A DNA stretch of 61,210 bases from Verrucomicrobiota bacterium (GTDB taxonomy: Bacteria > Verrucomicrobiota > Verrucomicrobiia > Limisphaerales > UBA9464). Where the stretch lies: assembly GCA_947454005.1 (NCBI GenBank), contig CANGMH010000001.1, positions 1-61,210 of the forward strand, read 5' to 3'. A program made the position numbers and the translations under genes. The stretch's first letter is position 1, and each line of letters begins with the position of its first letter. The notes under the pieces are model-generated. The model saw nothing but the letters and a program-made list of their open reading frames with translations, searched no databases and had not been told where the DNA came from. Positions 36,961 through 48,163 of this stretch are shown in pieces.

Positions 36961-37039
36961 GCGCGGAAGATGCGTCACCGGGGCGGGGCGGCCCAATTGT
37001 TTTCCGCCGGCCTGTCGGAGCGACCCGTCGGCGTTCCGT

Positions 37040-37354
37040 CATCCCATCTCCGGACAGCCGGGTCCGCTCGTCCGCCACCCCGAGCCCGCACATCAGCGCG
37101 ACCACCGCACCGACTGCTGCGCCGATATCGCCCGTCCAACCTGCCCATACGGGATCGAGCATCGCCTTGACGTGCCGGTAGCCAGCCCCTTCCGCCAGCG
37201 AACGGGCGCCTTCGATGTACAGGTTGGTGTCCTTGCCCTGCGGCGTGGACGACGGCAACGCCCACCACTGGAAGGACGCCACCGCCACCAGCACCAACAG
37301 AGGCCACGCCCGTCCGGAGGACAGGAAGTTCCGGATCATGGAACGCATCGGCAT
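37040..37354 (-). pseudogene. 5' fragment of a polytopic membrane protein gene with no in-frame stop
   Basis: From ATG 37354/37348/37339 the sequence reads [96 protein letters not shown]. That is two TM helices plus a loop, with third-position GC as high as in real genes. Codon bias collapses near 37040, and the frame runs without a stop for >1 kb through the ABC ATPase gene. Confidence 0.4.
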
Positions 37355-37488
37355 CGGCGCCGAGGGTGGGTCGGCGACGGCTCGGCGGGAAGCCCGGATC
37401 GGCCGGCCCCGACCCGCGGTGCACACCGAAAAATCGCTCGCCAGCGCCGGCCCGTCCGCCCGATAACCTGTGCTTTGGAAGTCCCGCC

Positions 37489-39030
<1,542 letters not shown>

Positions 39031-39128
39031 AGCGGCCCGGGACCCGGTCCGGGGCCTTCCGCATCACGCGACCCACATTTTGGACGACGCGGTGACGGAG
39101 GGAGGGCGGAGCGGATCGCCGGAGCGGC

Positions 39129-39875
39129 TCACCACCATTGGAAAGCCGGGTCCGGGGCGATGCTGATCCACTGGTCCATCTGCGCCGGGAACTTGAAGTT
39201 CTCCACGTGGGCGTCGCCGAAGAGCATGTTCTCGAAGCGCTTCCCCTTGTAGTTGTGCCAGACGGTCTGCTTGGCCTTCGTGTCGCGGTTCGCGTGCCAC
39301 GGCCAATCGCCCATCAGCACCTTGTTCGCCGGGCTCAACGCGATCTCCGATTCCCGCATGGACGTGCCTTGCGGCGTGCCCTTGGCCTTGGAATCGCCCG
39401 TCACGCGCTTCACGCGGAACGCATCGACCGCCCACTCGACCAGGTAGCTGTTGCCCCAGCCGGTGAAGCAGGTCTTCACCTGCGGGTTCAGCGAATCGCC
39501 CGCGTCGGCCGGGCAGCGGAAGACCTCGGTCGCGCCGGCGTACCGGTTGAGCGGGCGGTTCGTCTCCGCGGTCCTGCCGCCGTAATCGGCCGCGCTCCCG
39601 GCGACGTTGGCATTGGTCCAAAATTTCCCGCCGACATCACCCCACCCGGGATGGACGGGGAAGAAGTCGCGGTTGTCGTCGGCGTACATCTTGAAGGCCA
39701 GGCCGATCTGCTTCTGGTTGCTGATGCACTTCACCGAGTTCGCCTTCGCCTTCGCCCGCGACAACGCCGGCAACAACATGCCCGCGAGGATGGCGATGAT
39801 GGCGATCACCACCAGCAGCTCGATGAGGGTGAAGCCCGGATGCCGACGGGGCGGGCAGGACAGGGAAGTGCTCAT
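39129..39875 (-). CDS. prepilin-type N-terminal cleavage/methylation domain protein
   Basis: The real start is ATG 39875 ([38 protein letters not shown]). The C-terminal FGDAHVENF is a variant of the DG-H end seen in this family. Confidence 0.85.
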   Translation of the reverse strand: MSTSLSCPPRRHPGFTLIELLVVIAIIAILAGMLLPALSRAKAKANSVKCISNQKQIGLAFKMYADDNRDFFPVHPGWGDVGGKFWTNANVAGSAADYGGRTAETNRPLNRYAGATEVFRCPADAGDSLNPQVKTCFTGWGNSYLVEWAVDAFRVKRVTGDSKAKGTPQGTSMRESEIALSPANKVLMGDWPWHANRDTKAKQTVWHNYKGKRFENMLFGDAHVENFKFPAQMDQWISIAPDPAFQWW

Positions 39876-40012
39876 AGGAAGTGGATCTCGGGCGACGACG
39901 CATCTTTGCGCCCGGGCGGTTGCTCCTGCAAGCAACGGCTCCGCGTCGACGGCTTCCTACCGATCCGGCCGCTCCCGTCGCCGCTCGACGCCGCGCCCCG
40001 ATCCGGGCACCC

Positions 40013-42379
40013 ATGACGGCGTCCACCGATCGCCCGATGATGACGCCGAAGACCCGCCTCTGGACTTTGCTCGCCCTGCTCGCCGCGGTTGCGGCCGCCG
40101 CGCTCTTCTTCCGTCGCGCGACGCCGTTCCGCCAGAAACCCGCCTCTCCCGCGAGCGCGGCCGCCGAGGAGCAGGCCAAGGCCTATCTCGCGCTCGAGGC
40201 CCGTGAACAAGCGGCCGACCAGACCGCTTGGGCCCCGGAGCTCGACGCCGAACGCCACGAGGACGAGTTCGTGCACCTGTGGGATGCCCTGAACGGCGCC
40301 GCCGATCCGTGGCCGGTCCTGGCGGCGTTCCCGTTCGAGGCCTTGTCGATCCCGGGCACCGCTCCGACGCCCGACCTCGCGCACGGCATCCATCGTTGGC
40401 GCGGGACCGGCACCCCTTCGACGCGTCTTGATCCCGCCGGCTGGCGCGCGCTGATCTCCCGTTGGACCTCCGAAGGCTGGTCCCTCCGCCGCACCTCCTG
40501 GCACATGACGCGCCACACGCCGGCGACCGCGGACCAGCCGGCCCGGTCGGTCGTCCAAGCCACCGGCCGGCTCGACGACGACGCGCGGAGCGGGCGCGAG
40601 ATGGTCAGGGCCACGCTCGACGTGGAATGGTCCGTCGCCGCGCCCGGGATCGCGCCGCGCGCGGCAAGGATCGTCGTCCGCGACGTGGAGGTGTTGGCCC
40701 GGTCGGGTCCGCCGGGATTCACGCCCTGGCTCGACACGTCGACATCGAACGGCTTCGTGGAGTTCTCCGATCCGTTGATCGCCGCGGACCTCGACGGCGA
40801 CGGCCTTTCCGAGCTGCTCCTCGTCGGCGCCGGTCGCATGTGGTGGAACCGCCCGGATCCCGACGGCGGCACCGCGGCACCGCGTCGGTTCGAACCCGGC
40901 ACCATCCCGGGCCTCGCGCCCGAACGCATCGTCGCCGCCGCGCTCGCCGACGTCGACGGGGACGGTCGCGCGGATCTGGTCGTCGCCGGCGCCCGCGGCC
41001 TGGGCTGGTCCCCGGGCCCGGCCTCCGGCGCATCCCAAGGCCCGATGCGCCCGGGCTGGACCGCCCCGTCGGCGATCAAGCATCCGCAGGTCCTCGCCGT
41101 CGGGGACGTGGACGGCGACGGCGACCTCGACGTCTGGCTCGCGCAGTACAAGCTGCCCTACCAGGGCGGCCAGATGCCCACGCCGTACTTCGACGCGGCC
41201 GACGGGTTCCCCGCCTATCTGCTCCTGAACGACGGACACGGCCGGTTCACCGATGCGACCGCGGCCTCGGGTCTCGCCGGGAAACGGGCCCGCCGGGCTT
41301 ACAGCGCGTCGTTCATCGACCTCGACGGCGACGGCGACCAGGACCTCGTGACGGTGGGCGATTTCGCCGGGCTCGATGTCTTCCTCAACGACGGGCACGG
41401 GAAGTTCACAGATGTCACCGACCGTCTCGGCCAAGCCCGGCATTCGTTCGGCATGGCGCATGTCATCAACGACCTCGACGGCGACGGACGTCCCGACCTG
41501 TTGATGCTCGGCATGGGATCGCCGGTCGCCGAGCGGATGGATGCGCTCGGTCTCGCCCGCGACGGATGGCCGCGCCACGCGGCGATGCGCGGACCGATGA
41601 CCTTCGGGAACCGTCTGTATCTCGGCAGCGGGTCAGGGCTGGTCCCGGCACCGGAGCCTCTCGCCCGGGCGATGGCCCGGACGGGATGGTCCTGGGGCGC
41701 CGCGTGGGCGGACCTCGACAACGACCGCGACCTCGACCTCGCCGTCGCCAACGGCCACGAGACGCGCGCCAGCACCCGCGACCACGAAAGACAGTTCTGG
41801 CGCCACGACATCTTCGCCGCCGGCCCGACGAACACGCCGGCCGCCGACCTCTATTTCCGCACGGCCAGCGGCAGGCGACAGGCGGACGCCGCGAGCTACG
41901 GCGGTTGGCAGGACAACGCGTTGCTCCTCGCCTCCGGGACGTCGGACCTCCCCGACGTCGGCTGGCTGCTCGGCGTCGCGGTGCCGGAAGACTGCCGCAA
42001 CCTGATCGCCGACGACCTCGACGGCGACGGCCGCCTGGACCTGGTCGTCACGACCTCCGAGGGGTGGCCGAAGCGCAGGCAACGCCTGCTGGTCTTCCGC
42101 AACGCGCTTCCCGCGACCGGCCATTGGATCGGCTTCCGGCTCGACGGCGAAGGACGCGCGCCGCTCGGCGCCCGCGTCGAGCTCGAGGACACCGCCGGGC
42201 GCCAGACCCGATGGATCGTCGCAGGCGACGGGTTCCGCGGCCAATCCGCCGCGGCCGCGCACTTCGGCCTCGGCGCCGCGAAGCCGGTCCGCGCCACCAT
42301 CGTCTGGCCGGGCGGCGGACGCACCGTTCTCGGGACCCCGGCTCCGGACGTGTGGCATCGCGTGGCATCGCCGAAGTGA
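40013..42379 (+). CDS. CRTAC1-family FG-GAP/VCBS-repeat protein with C-terminal ASPIC/UnbV domain
   Basis: The real start is ATG 40013 (or ATG 40037), followed by a TM/signal segment LWTLLALLAAVAAAALFF. The repeats include ADLDGDGLSELLLV, ADVDGDGRADLVVA, GDVDGDGDLDVWLA, IDLDGDGDQDLVTV, NDLDGDGRPDLLML and DDLDGDGRLDLVVT. The ASPIC/UnbV-like end is GARVELEDTAGRQTRWIVAGDGFRGQS. Confidence 0.8.
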   Translation: MTASTDRPMMTPKTRLWTLLALLAAVAAAALFFRRATPFRQKPASPASAAAEEQAKAYLALEAREQAADQTAWAPELDAERHEDEFVHLWDALNGAADPWPVLAAFPFEALSIPGTAPTPDLAHGIHRWRGTGTPSTRLDPAGWRALISRWTSEGWSLRRTSWHMTRHTPATADQPARSVVQATGRLDDDARSGREMVRATLDVEWSVAAPGIAPRAARIVVRDVEVLARSGPPGFTPWLDTSTSNGFVEFSDPLIAADLDGDGLSELLLVGAGRMWWNRPDPDGGTAAPRRFEPGTIPGLAPERIVAAALADVDGDGRADLVVAGARGLGWSPGPASGASQGPMRPGWTAPSAIKHPQVLAVGDVDGDGDLDVWLAQYKLPYQGGQMPTPYFDAADGFPAYLLLNDGHGRFTDATAASGLAGKRARRAYSASFIDLDGDGDQDLVTVGDFAGLDVFLNDGHGKFTDVTDRLGQARHSFGMAHVINDLDGDGRPDLLMLGMGSPVAERMDALGLARDGWPRHAAMRGPMTFGNRLYLGSGSGLVPAPEPLARAMARTGWSWGAAWADLDNDRDLDLAVANGHETRASTRDHERQFWRHDIFAAGPTNTPAADLYFRTASGRRQADAASYGGWQDNALLLASGTSDLPDVGWLLGVAVPEDCRNLIADDLDGDGRLDLVVTTSEGWPKRRQRLLVFRNALPATGHWIGFRLDGEGRAPLGARVELEDTAGRQTRWIVAGDGFRGQSAAAAHFGLGAAKPVRATIVWPGGGRTVLGTPAPDVWHRVASPK

Positions 42380-42473
42380 TCCGGAGCGCCCGGCCGCCTT
42401 CGGTCGCGGAATCCCGGTCCTCGCGGACCTTGACGGTCCAGCGGGCGCCCCGTTACTACCGTCACGTTCACGT

Positions 42474-42797
42474 ATGCCAACCTACGACTACACCTGCGGG
42501 AAATGCGGCCACCAGTTCGAGCTCGTGCAGTCCATGAAGGACGCCGCGCTGACGGTCTGCCCGAAGGACCTCTGCCCGGCGAAGCGCTGGGGCAAGGGCA
42601 AGGTCGCCCGCGGCATCGGCGGCGGCGCCGGCTTCATCTTCAAGGGGGCCGGCTTCTACCTCACCGACTACCGCAGCGAGAGCTACAAGGCCGGCGCGAA
42701 GAAGGATTCCGAGGCCGCGGCTTCCCCGGCCCCGAAGACCGAGGCCAAAGCGGAGACGCCCAAGCCCGCCGCAAAGCCGTCCGCGAAGAAGGACTGA
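42474..42797 (+). CDS. FmdB-family zinc-ribbon protein
   Basis: The sequence starts MPTYDYTCGKCGHQFELVQSMKD..LTVCPKDLC (CxxC ... CPxxxC) and continues GAGFYLTDYRS. The tail is lysine/alanine/proline-rich. Confidence 0.85.
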   Translation: MPTYDYTCGKCGHQFELVQSMKDAALTVCPKDLCPAKRWGKGKVARGIGGGAGFIFKGAGFYLTDYRSESYKAGAKKDSEAAASPAPKTEAKAETPKPAAKPSAKKD

Positions 42798-42803
42798 TCC
42801 GCC

Positions 42804-44150
42804 GTGACCTCCCGGCCGCCCAGTCCGGACGCGGGTCGGAGCCCGAAGCGATGGTTCCATCGGTCGGCCCTGCTGTGGACTGCTCTGGCCGCCGGGTTGC
42901 TCGCCGCGCAGGCGCAGAACCAGGTCCCGGTGACGGCCAAGAGCCGGAACGGACAGTTCATCGTCCACGGCCGTGACACCGTCCAACCGCCGTCCGGCGG
43001 CGAGCTGCGGCCGGTCGGCGACAACGACGTCGTCTCGCTCCGGCCGGACACCTTGGCCATCGCCTGCGACCGCATCCGCCAGGCGATCCATCTCCAACTG
43101 GGCGCGGTGGAACGTCCGGGAGGCACCGTCCATCTGCATCTGCGCCGCCCGCGTCGCATCGAGGGCCAGCTCACCATCGTGCCCACGCCGATCCGCGAAG
43201 GCTGGCAATACCGGATCGACGTGCCGGAACAGGTCGAGTGGCGGCGGCTGGTCCGCGCGGTCGTCGAGGTCGTGCTGATCGATCTCGCCAACCACGACCT
43301 GCGGCGGACCGATTGCGTGCGCCCGCCGCTCTGGCTCGCCGAAGGCCTCGACAGCCTGCTCGTGACCGCGTCCGGCCGCGACCTGGTGCTGGAGCCGCAG
43401 ACCACGCTGAACCGCAACGAACGCCGGCCCGACCCGCTCGCCCCGGTCCGCGCCACATTGGCGGGCCGCGATCCGGCGAGCTTCTCCGACCTGAGCCTGC
43501 CCGATCCGGCGGCGCTCGCGGACCCGGGGCGGTTCGCCTACTACCGGGCCAGCGCCACGCTGCTGGTCTTCGAGCTGCTCCGCGACGACGAAGGCCGGAC
43601 GCTGGCCCGGGATTTCCTCCACCAGCTGCCGTTCCATCTCAACTGGCAGACGGCGTTCCTCCGCGCGAGCAACGGCCGGTTCCAGACCTTGCTCGATGCC
43701 GAGAAGTGGTGGGCGGTCGGCGCGGCCGACGTTCTGAGCCGCGACCCGTCGCTGCTCTGGCCCCGGGACCGCGTGCTCTCCGAGCTGCAGCTGGTGCTGA
43801 CCGAGACGGCCGATGTCCGCGGATCGACCAATGGTCCGGTTTCGCGGCAGACGCTGGGCCTCTCCGAGGTGGTGCGGACGTGGGGGTTCCCCGCGCAACA
43901 GGAGGTCCTCCGGCGCAAGGCCAACCAGCTGGTGATCCTCGGGCTCCACACGCCGGCGGACCTGATGCCGCTGGTGACCGAGTGCCAGCGGACCATCGAG
44001 GGCTACGTGAACAGCCGGGCCAACGCCGGCACGGAGGGCTCCGGCCGGCTCGACATCGCGGCGCGCGCCAAGGTCCTCGCTAAGACCGCCGCCGCGAAGC
44101 TCGACGACCTCGGCCGCCAGCTCGCCGCCGCCCGCGCGAGACGCGCGTAG
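42804..44150 (+). CDS. secreted hypothetical protein
   Basis: 448-aa ORF with gene-like codon bias. A signal-like segment (WFHRSALLWTALAAGLLAAQAQ) is present. I recognised no catalytic motif. The start is GTG 42804, 6 nt after the FmdB stop; the true start may lie a few codons downstream. Confidence 0.7.
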   Translation: MTSRPPSPDAGRSPKRWFHRSALLWTALAAGLLAAQAQNQVPVTAKSRNGQFIVHGRDTVQPPSGGELRPVGDNDVVSLRPDTLAIACDRIRQAIHLQLGAVERPGGTVHLHLRRPRRIEGQLTIVPTPIREGWQYRIDVPEQVEWRRLVRAVVEVVLIDLANHDLRRTDCVRPPLWLAEGLDSLLVTASGRDLVLEPQTTLNRNERRPDPLAPVRATLAGRDPASFSDLSLPDPAALADPGRFAYYRASATLLVFELLRDDEGRTLARDFLHQLPFHLNWQTAFLRASNGRFQTLLDAEKWWAVGAADVLSRDPSLLWPRDRVLSELQLVLTETADVRGSTNGPVSRQTLGLSEVVRTWGFPAQQEVLRRKANQLVILGLHTPADLMPLVTECQRTIEGYVNSRANAGTEGSGRLDIAARAKVLAKTAAAKLDDLGRQLAAARARRA

Positions 44151-44234
44151 CGGAAGGGCGGCGGAACGTGGGCGGATGCCGTCGTCCGCCGTCGGGCGTC
44201 TTGCCCTTGCGGCAAGTTCCGCCAAGCTCCGCCC

Positions 44235-46580
44235 ATGCTTCGCCGACTGCTGACGGTCCTGGTCGCTTCCGCCGCGCTCTCAATCGTCCGGGCCGATCCG
44301 TCCACCAACCGTTTCGGTTTCGGCGGCCCCGAGGTCTTCCCGCTCGATTTCGGCATCGGGTTCCTCCACGTCGCGGACATCGACGGCGACGGACTGGACG
44401 ACATCGTCGTGGTCAACAACGGCCGTTCCAAGGTCACCTTCCTCTACAACCGCTCCGGCAAGACCAACGCCCCGGCCACCGCCGCCAAGGTCGGCCGTCG
44501 CGACATCAACGAGCTGCCGGCCGAGGCCCGGTTCCGCGTGGAATCCATCTCCTCCGAGAAACGCATCACCTCGATGGTCGTCGCCGACCTCAACGGCGAC
44601 GGCCGGCCCGACCTCGCGTACTACGGCGATCCCAAGGAGCTCGTGCTCCAGGCCAACCTCGGCACCAACGGCTGGGCCCCGCCGAAGAAGTGGTCCCTCG
44701 ACGACGGCCTCTCGGACTACAACGCCCTGACCAGCGGCGACGTGAACGCCGACGGCAGGCCCGACCTGCTTCTGCTCGCCGAGAAGCACATCTACCTCCT
44801 GCTCTCGCGTCCCGACGGCACCCTCGGCGAACCGGAGAAGCTGCCGTACGCCGGCAGCGTGAAGGCGCTCCAGGTGCTCGACCTCGACGGCGATTCGAAA
44901 GAGGACCTCCTGCTGGTGAACTGGGACAACCCGAACCCGTTCCGCTTCCGCCTGCAGACCGGACCCGGCCAGTTCGCGCCGGAGATCCACATGCCGCTCG
45001 CCCCGATCCGCAGCTACTGGGCCGACGACCTCGACGGCGACCGCAAGACCGAGATCGTCACCATCGCCGCGAAGTCCGGCCGCGCCGCCGTCGCCAACAT
45101 CACCCACAAGCCCGCCGAGGAGTTCGCGGGCACGCTGCGCGACGGGCAGTTCTCCATCCTCCCGCTCCAGCGCACCGACAAGCCCCGGCGCGGGCTCGTC
45201 TGGGCCGACATCGACGGCGACGGCCGGGCCGACCTGCTCGTCGCCGAGCCCGAGGGCGGCCAGCTCGCCGTGCATCTCCAGAAGCCCGACGGCACCCTCG
45301 CCGCGCCGCGGACCTTCCCGACGTTCACCGGTGTCACCGACATCGTCGCCGCGGACTGGGACGGCGACGGCAAGACCGAGGTGTTCCTGCTCAGCGCCGA
45401 CGAGAAGCAGATCGGCGTGGCCGCGCTCGACGCGAACGGACGCGTGCCCTTCCCGCGGGTCGTGCCGCTCAACGGTCGTCCGCTCGCCCTCGCGGCCGGC
45501 CCGTTGAGGCCCGGCGCCAAGCCGTCGCTCGCGGTCATCGTCGAGCGCGAGGACAAGCGCGCCGGCAAGGACGGCAAAGAAGAGACGGTCAACGTGCGCG
45601 AGCTCGTGCTCCGCAGCGCGGACGGCACGAACGTGGTCCAGAAGCTCGCCGATTCGTTCAAGGGCAACCCGACCGCCATCGCCTTCCACGACGCCGACCA
45701 GGACGGCCTCGCTGACCTCGTCGTGCTGACGCCGTACGAGAAGATCAAGGTGATGGTGCAGCTCAAGGAGCCGAAGGACGGCGCGCTCTTCGCCGAGGCC
45801 GACGTGAACCCGCCCGGCGGCACGGTGGATTCGCCCTGGCTCGCGACGGCCGACGTGGATGGCGACGGCAAGACCGAGCTGCTGCTCGCGCAGAAGAACT
45901 TCCTCCGCGCCGTCGTGCTCTCGTCGGAGGGCAAGGACAAGCCGACCTGGAGCTTCACCGTCCGCGACCAGATCAACGGCGCGTCCAGCAGCTCGCGCAT
46001 CGTCGGCGCCGCGGCCCTGCCGTCCGGCGACGGCAGGACGCCGGTGCTGTTCCTGCTCGACGCCGACCGCAAGGCGCTGACGGTCTGCACCCGCGACCCC
46101 AGCGGCGTGTGGAAAGCCGGCAAGAGCTCGACCTTGCCGGTCAGCGATTTCTCGGCGGTCGTGCCGGTCGCGCTCGGCAGCAAGGCCGCGAACGCCATCG
46201 CATTCACGGGGGCGAACTCGGTCGCCACCAAGCGCCTCACCGGCGACGTGTGGGAGTTCACCGAGCTCGACAGCTACGAGACGCCCATCAAGGACGGCTT
46301 CCTGCACGACGTGACCAGCGGCGACCTGAACGGCGACGGCCGCAAGGACCTCGTCTTCTTGGAGACGGCCCGCGCGTACATCGATCTCGTCGGCTTCGAG
46401 GCGCCGCACCAGCTCGTGCCGGCGAACCGTTGGCCGGTGTTCGAGGAGCGCACCTTCCGCAACCGCCGCAACGATTCCGCCGAGCCGCGGGAATCCGCCG
46501 TGGCCGATGTGACCGGCGACGGGAAGAACGACCTCATCCTCATCGTCCACGACCGCGTGCTGCTGTATCCGCAGGAATAG
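44235..46580 (+). CDS. secreted FG-GAP/VCBS-repeat (integrin-alpha-like propeller) protein
   Basis: 781 aa with signal peptide MLRRLLTVLVASAALSIVRA. It carries 11 Ca-binding-type repeats: ADIDGDGLDDIVVV, ADLNGDGRPDLAYY, GDVNADGRPDLLLL, LDLDGDSKEDLLLV, DDLDGDRKTEIVTI, ADIDGDGRADLLVA, ADWDGDGKTEVFLL, HDADQDGLADLVVL, ADVDGDGKTELLLA, GDLNGDGRKDLVFL, ADVTGDGKNDLILI. Confidence 0.85.
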   Translation: MLRRLLTVLVASAALSIVRADPSTNRFGFGGPEVFPLDFGIGFLHVADIDGDGLDDIVVVNNGRSKVTFLYNRSGKTNAPATAAKVGRRDINELPAEARFRVESISSEKRITSMVVADLNGDGRPDLAYYGDPKELVLQANLGTNGWAPPKKWSLDDGLSDYNALTSGDVNADGRPDLLLLAEKHIYLLLSRPDGTLGEPEKLPYAGSVKALQVLDLDGDSKEDLLLVNWDNPNPFRFRLQTGPGQFAPEIHMPLAPIRSYWADDLDGDRKTEIVTIAAKSGRAAVANITHKPAEEFAGTLRDGQFSILPLQRTDKPRRGLVWADIDGDGRADLLVAEPEGGQLAVHLQKPDGTLAAPRTFPTFTGVTDIVAADWDGDGKTEVFLLSADEKQIGVAALDANGRVPFPRVVPLNGRPLALAAGPLRPGAKPSLAVIVEREDKRAGKDGKEETVNVRELVLRSADGTNVVQKLADSFKGNPTAIAFHDADQDGLADLVVLTPYEKIKVMVQLKEPKDGALFAEADVNPPGGTVDSPWLATADVDGDGKTELLLAQKNFLRAVVLSSEGKDKPTWSFTVRDQINGASSSSRIVGAAALPSGDGRTPVLFLLDADRKALTVCTRDPSGVWKAGKSSTLPVSDFSAVVPVALGSKAANAIAFTGANSVATKRLTGDVWEFTELDSYETPIKDGFLHDVTSGDLNGDGRKDLVFLETARAYIDLVGFEAPHQLVPANRWPVFEERTFRNRRNDSAEPRESAVADVTGDGKNDLILIVHDRVLLYPQE

Positions 46581-46686
46581 CCGGGCTCTCCGCGGGGACT
46601 CGCGCGGAAGCGGACCGGCCGTTGGACCGTCCCGGGCAGGATTCCACTTCCACGGCGTCGCAGGCGCGGCCAGCCTGCCGCCTGCT

Positions 46687-47886
46687 ATGAAACGGCTCTT
46701 CCGTCCGCTGCTCGTCCTGTCGCTCGTCGGTGCGCTGCTCTGGCCGTCCGTCACCGAGGCGGCGGCCGCGCCGGCGGCGAAGACCCGGCCTTCGACATCG
46801 GTCTCGCCCGGGGTCCAGGCGGCGCAGACGCTCTCCGAGGTCACCGGCATCGCCATCTCGCCGCTGCTCGGGGTCGGCGCGGTCGGCGCGTTCAAGTACA
46901 TGAAGTCCTCGGCGGCCGAGCGCGCGGAGCTGTCTTGGTACGCGCAGCCGTGGTTCTGGCTCCCGGCGCTCCTGGTCGTCGGGTTGTGCATGGTGAAGGA
47001 CGGCGCCGGCACGATGCTGCCGACCTCGTTGAAGAAGCCGCTCGACGTGCTCGAGCTGTTCGAGAACAAGGCCAGCGGGCTGATCGCGACCGGGGCCATC
47101 GTGCCGATAGCGATGGAGGTCTTCAAAGCGGTGAACCCCGACGGCACGTCGCTCGGCGCCGGATATGCCGGGATGCACCTCGCCGCGCTCGATTTCTCCT
47201 GGCTGGGCAACCTGCTGATGGCTCCGCTCGCCTTGTTGGTCTACGGCGTCGTCTGGGTCGTCTCGCACTCGGTCAACGTTCTGATCCTGGTCAGCCCGTT
47301 CAGCACCGTGGACGCCGCGCTCAAGGCCTTCCGCGCCTCGTTGCTGGCGAGCGTCGTCGGCATGCATTGGATCAGCGACTACGCCGGCGCGATCTGGGCC
47401 GGCATCATCGTGCTCGCCTGCCTGCCGATCGCCGGCTGGGCGCTCCGGCTCGGCATCTTCGGCCATGTCTTCGCCTGGGACCTCCTGACCCTCCGACGCC
47501 TGCGCACGACGCCCGGCACCGCCGAGAACTGGGCCTTCACGACGCGCGAGTGGAAGGCGCTTCCTTCCCGGACGTACGGGAAGGTCGTCCGCGGCACAGC
47601 GGGCGAGCTCGTCCTGCGGTACCGTCCCCTGCTCGTGCTCCAGGCCCGGACGGCGACGCTTCCCGCCGGCGACTACGCGATCGGCCGCGGCATCCTGCAT
47701 CCGGAGCTGCTGAGGCTCGAAGCGGACGGCGGCGCGCCCGACCTGTTGAACTTCCCGCCCCGCTACCAGGGCCATGAGACCGCGCTCGCCTCGGCATGCG
47801 GTGTGAGGGAGGTCCGCGACGTCGGGTTGCGCGCGGCGTGGACGTGGATCAAGCAGGCGCTCGGCTTCGGGCCGGCGACGGCCTGA
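46687..47886 (+). CDS. polytopic membrane protein of unknown function with ~130-aa soluble C-terminal domain
   Basis: 399 aa. A signal peptide (MKRLFRPLLVLSLVGALLWPSVTEA) is followed by about 6 TM helices and a hydrophilic C-terminus. The membrane part loosely recalls DUF4126, but that is a weak, memory-based impression. Confidence 0.7.
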   Translation: MKRLFRPLLVLSLVGALLWPSVTEAAAAPAAKTRPSTSVSPGVQAAQTLSEVTGIAISPLLGVGAVGAFKYMKSSAAERAELSWYAQPWFWLPALLVVGLCMVKDGAGTMLPTSLKKPLDVLELFENKASGLIATGAIVPIAMEVFKAVNPDGTSLGAGYAGMHLAALDFSWLGNLLMAPLALLVYGVVWVVSHSVNVLILVSPFSTVDAALKAFRASLLASVVGMHWISDYAGAIWAGIIVLACLPIAGWALRLGIFGHVFAWDLLTLRRLRTTPGTAENWAFTTREWKALPSRTYGKVVRGTAGELVLRYRPLLVLQARTATLPAGDYAIGRGILHPELLRLEADGGAPDLLNFPPRYQGHETALASACGVREVRDVGLRAAWTWIKQALGFGPATA

Positions 47887-48163
47887 GGCGTCCGGCGCGC
47901 CATGGCGCCGGGCCTTTGTCGAGAAAAACCTTGCCGCCGTTTTCGGCCTCCCTACGGTCCCCGCGCCTGGGTCCGCGTGTGCGGTCCCGATTTAGGCTGA
48001 GAAAAGACCGTAAACGCACAACCTGACCTTTAACCTCCGTTGCCGAACCGCAACGCGGTGAAGTTGGGCAATCGGAGCCTTCGCGCGGGCCGCGCTTTCC
48101 ATCGGCCCCCAAAGTCTCCCGTTCCGGGTCCGTCCGCAAAGTAGTCCGTATCCGTCTATAGTT

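Noticed and set aside
44235-46580. The repeated DxDGDG units as a nucleotide tandem repeat or a diversity-generating retroelement target.
   Set aside because: The repeats are conserved only at the protein-motif level, with different codons and spacers. No reverse transcriptase or template repeat is present in the window.
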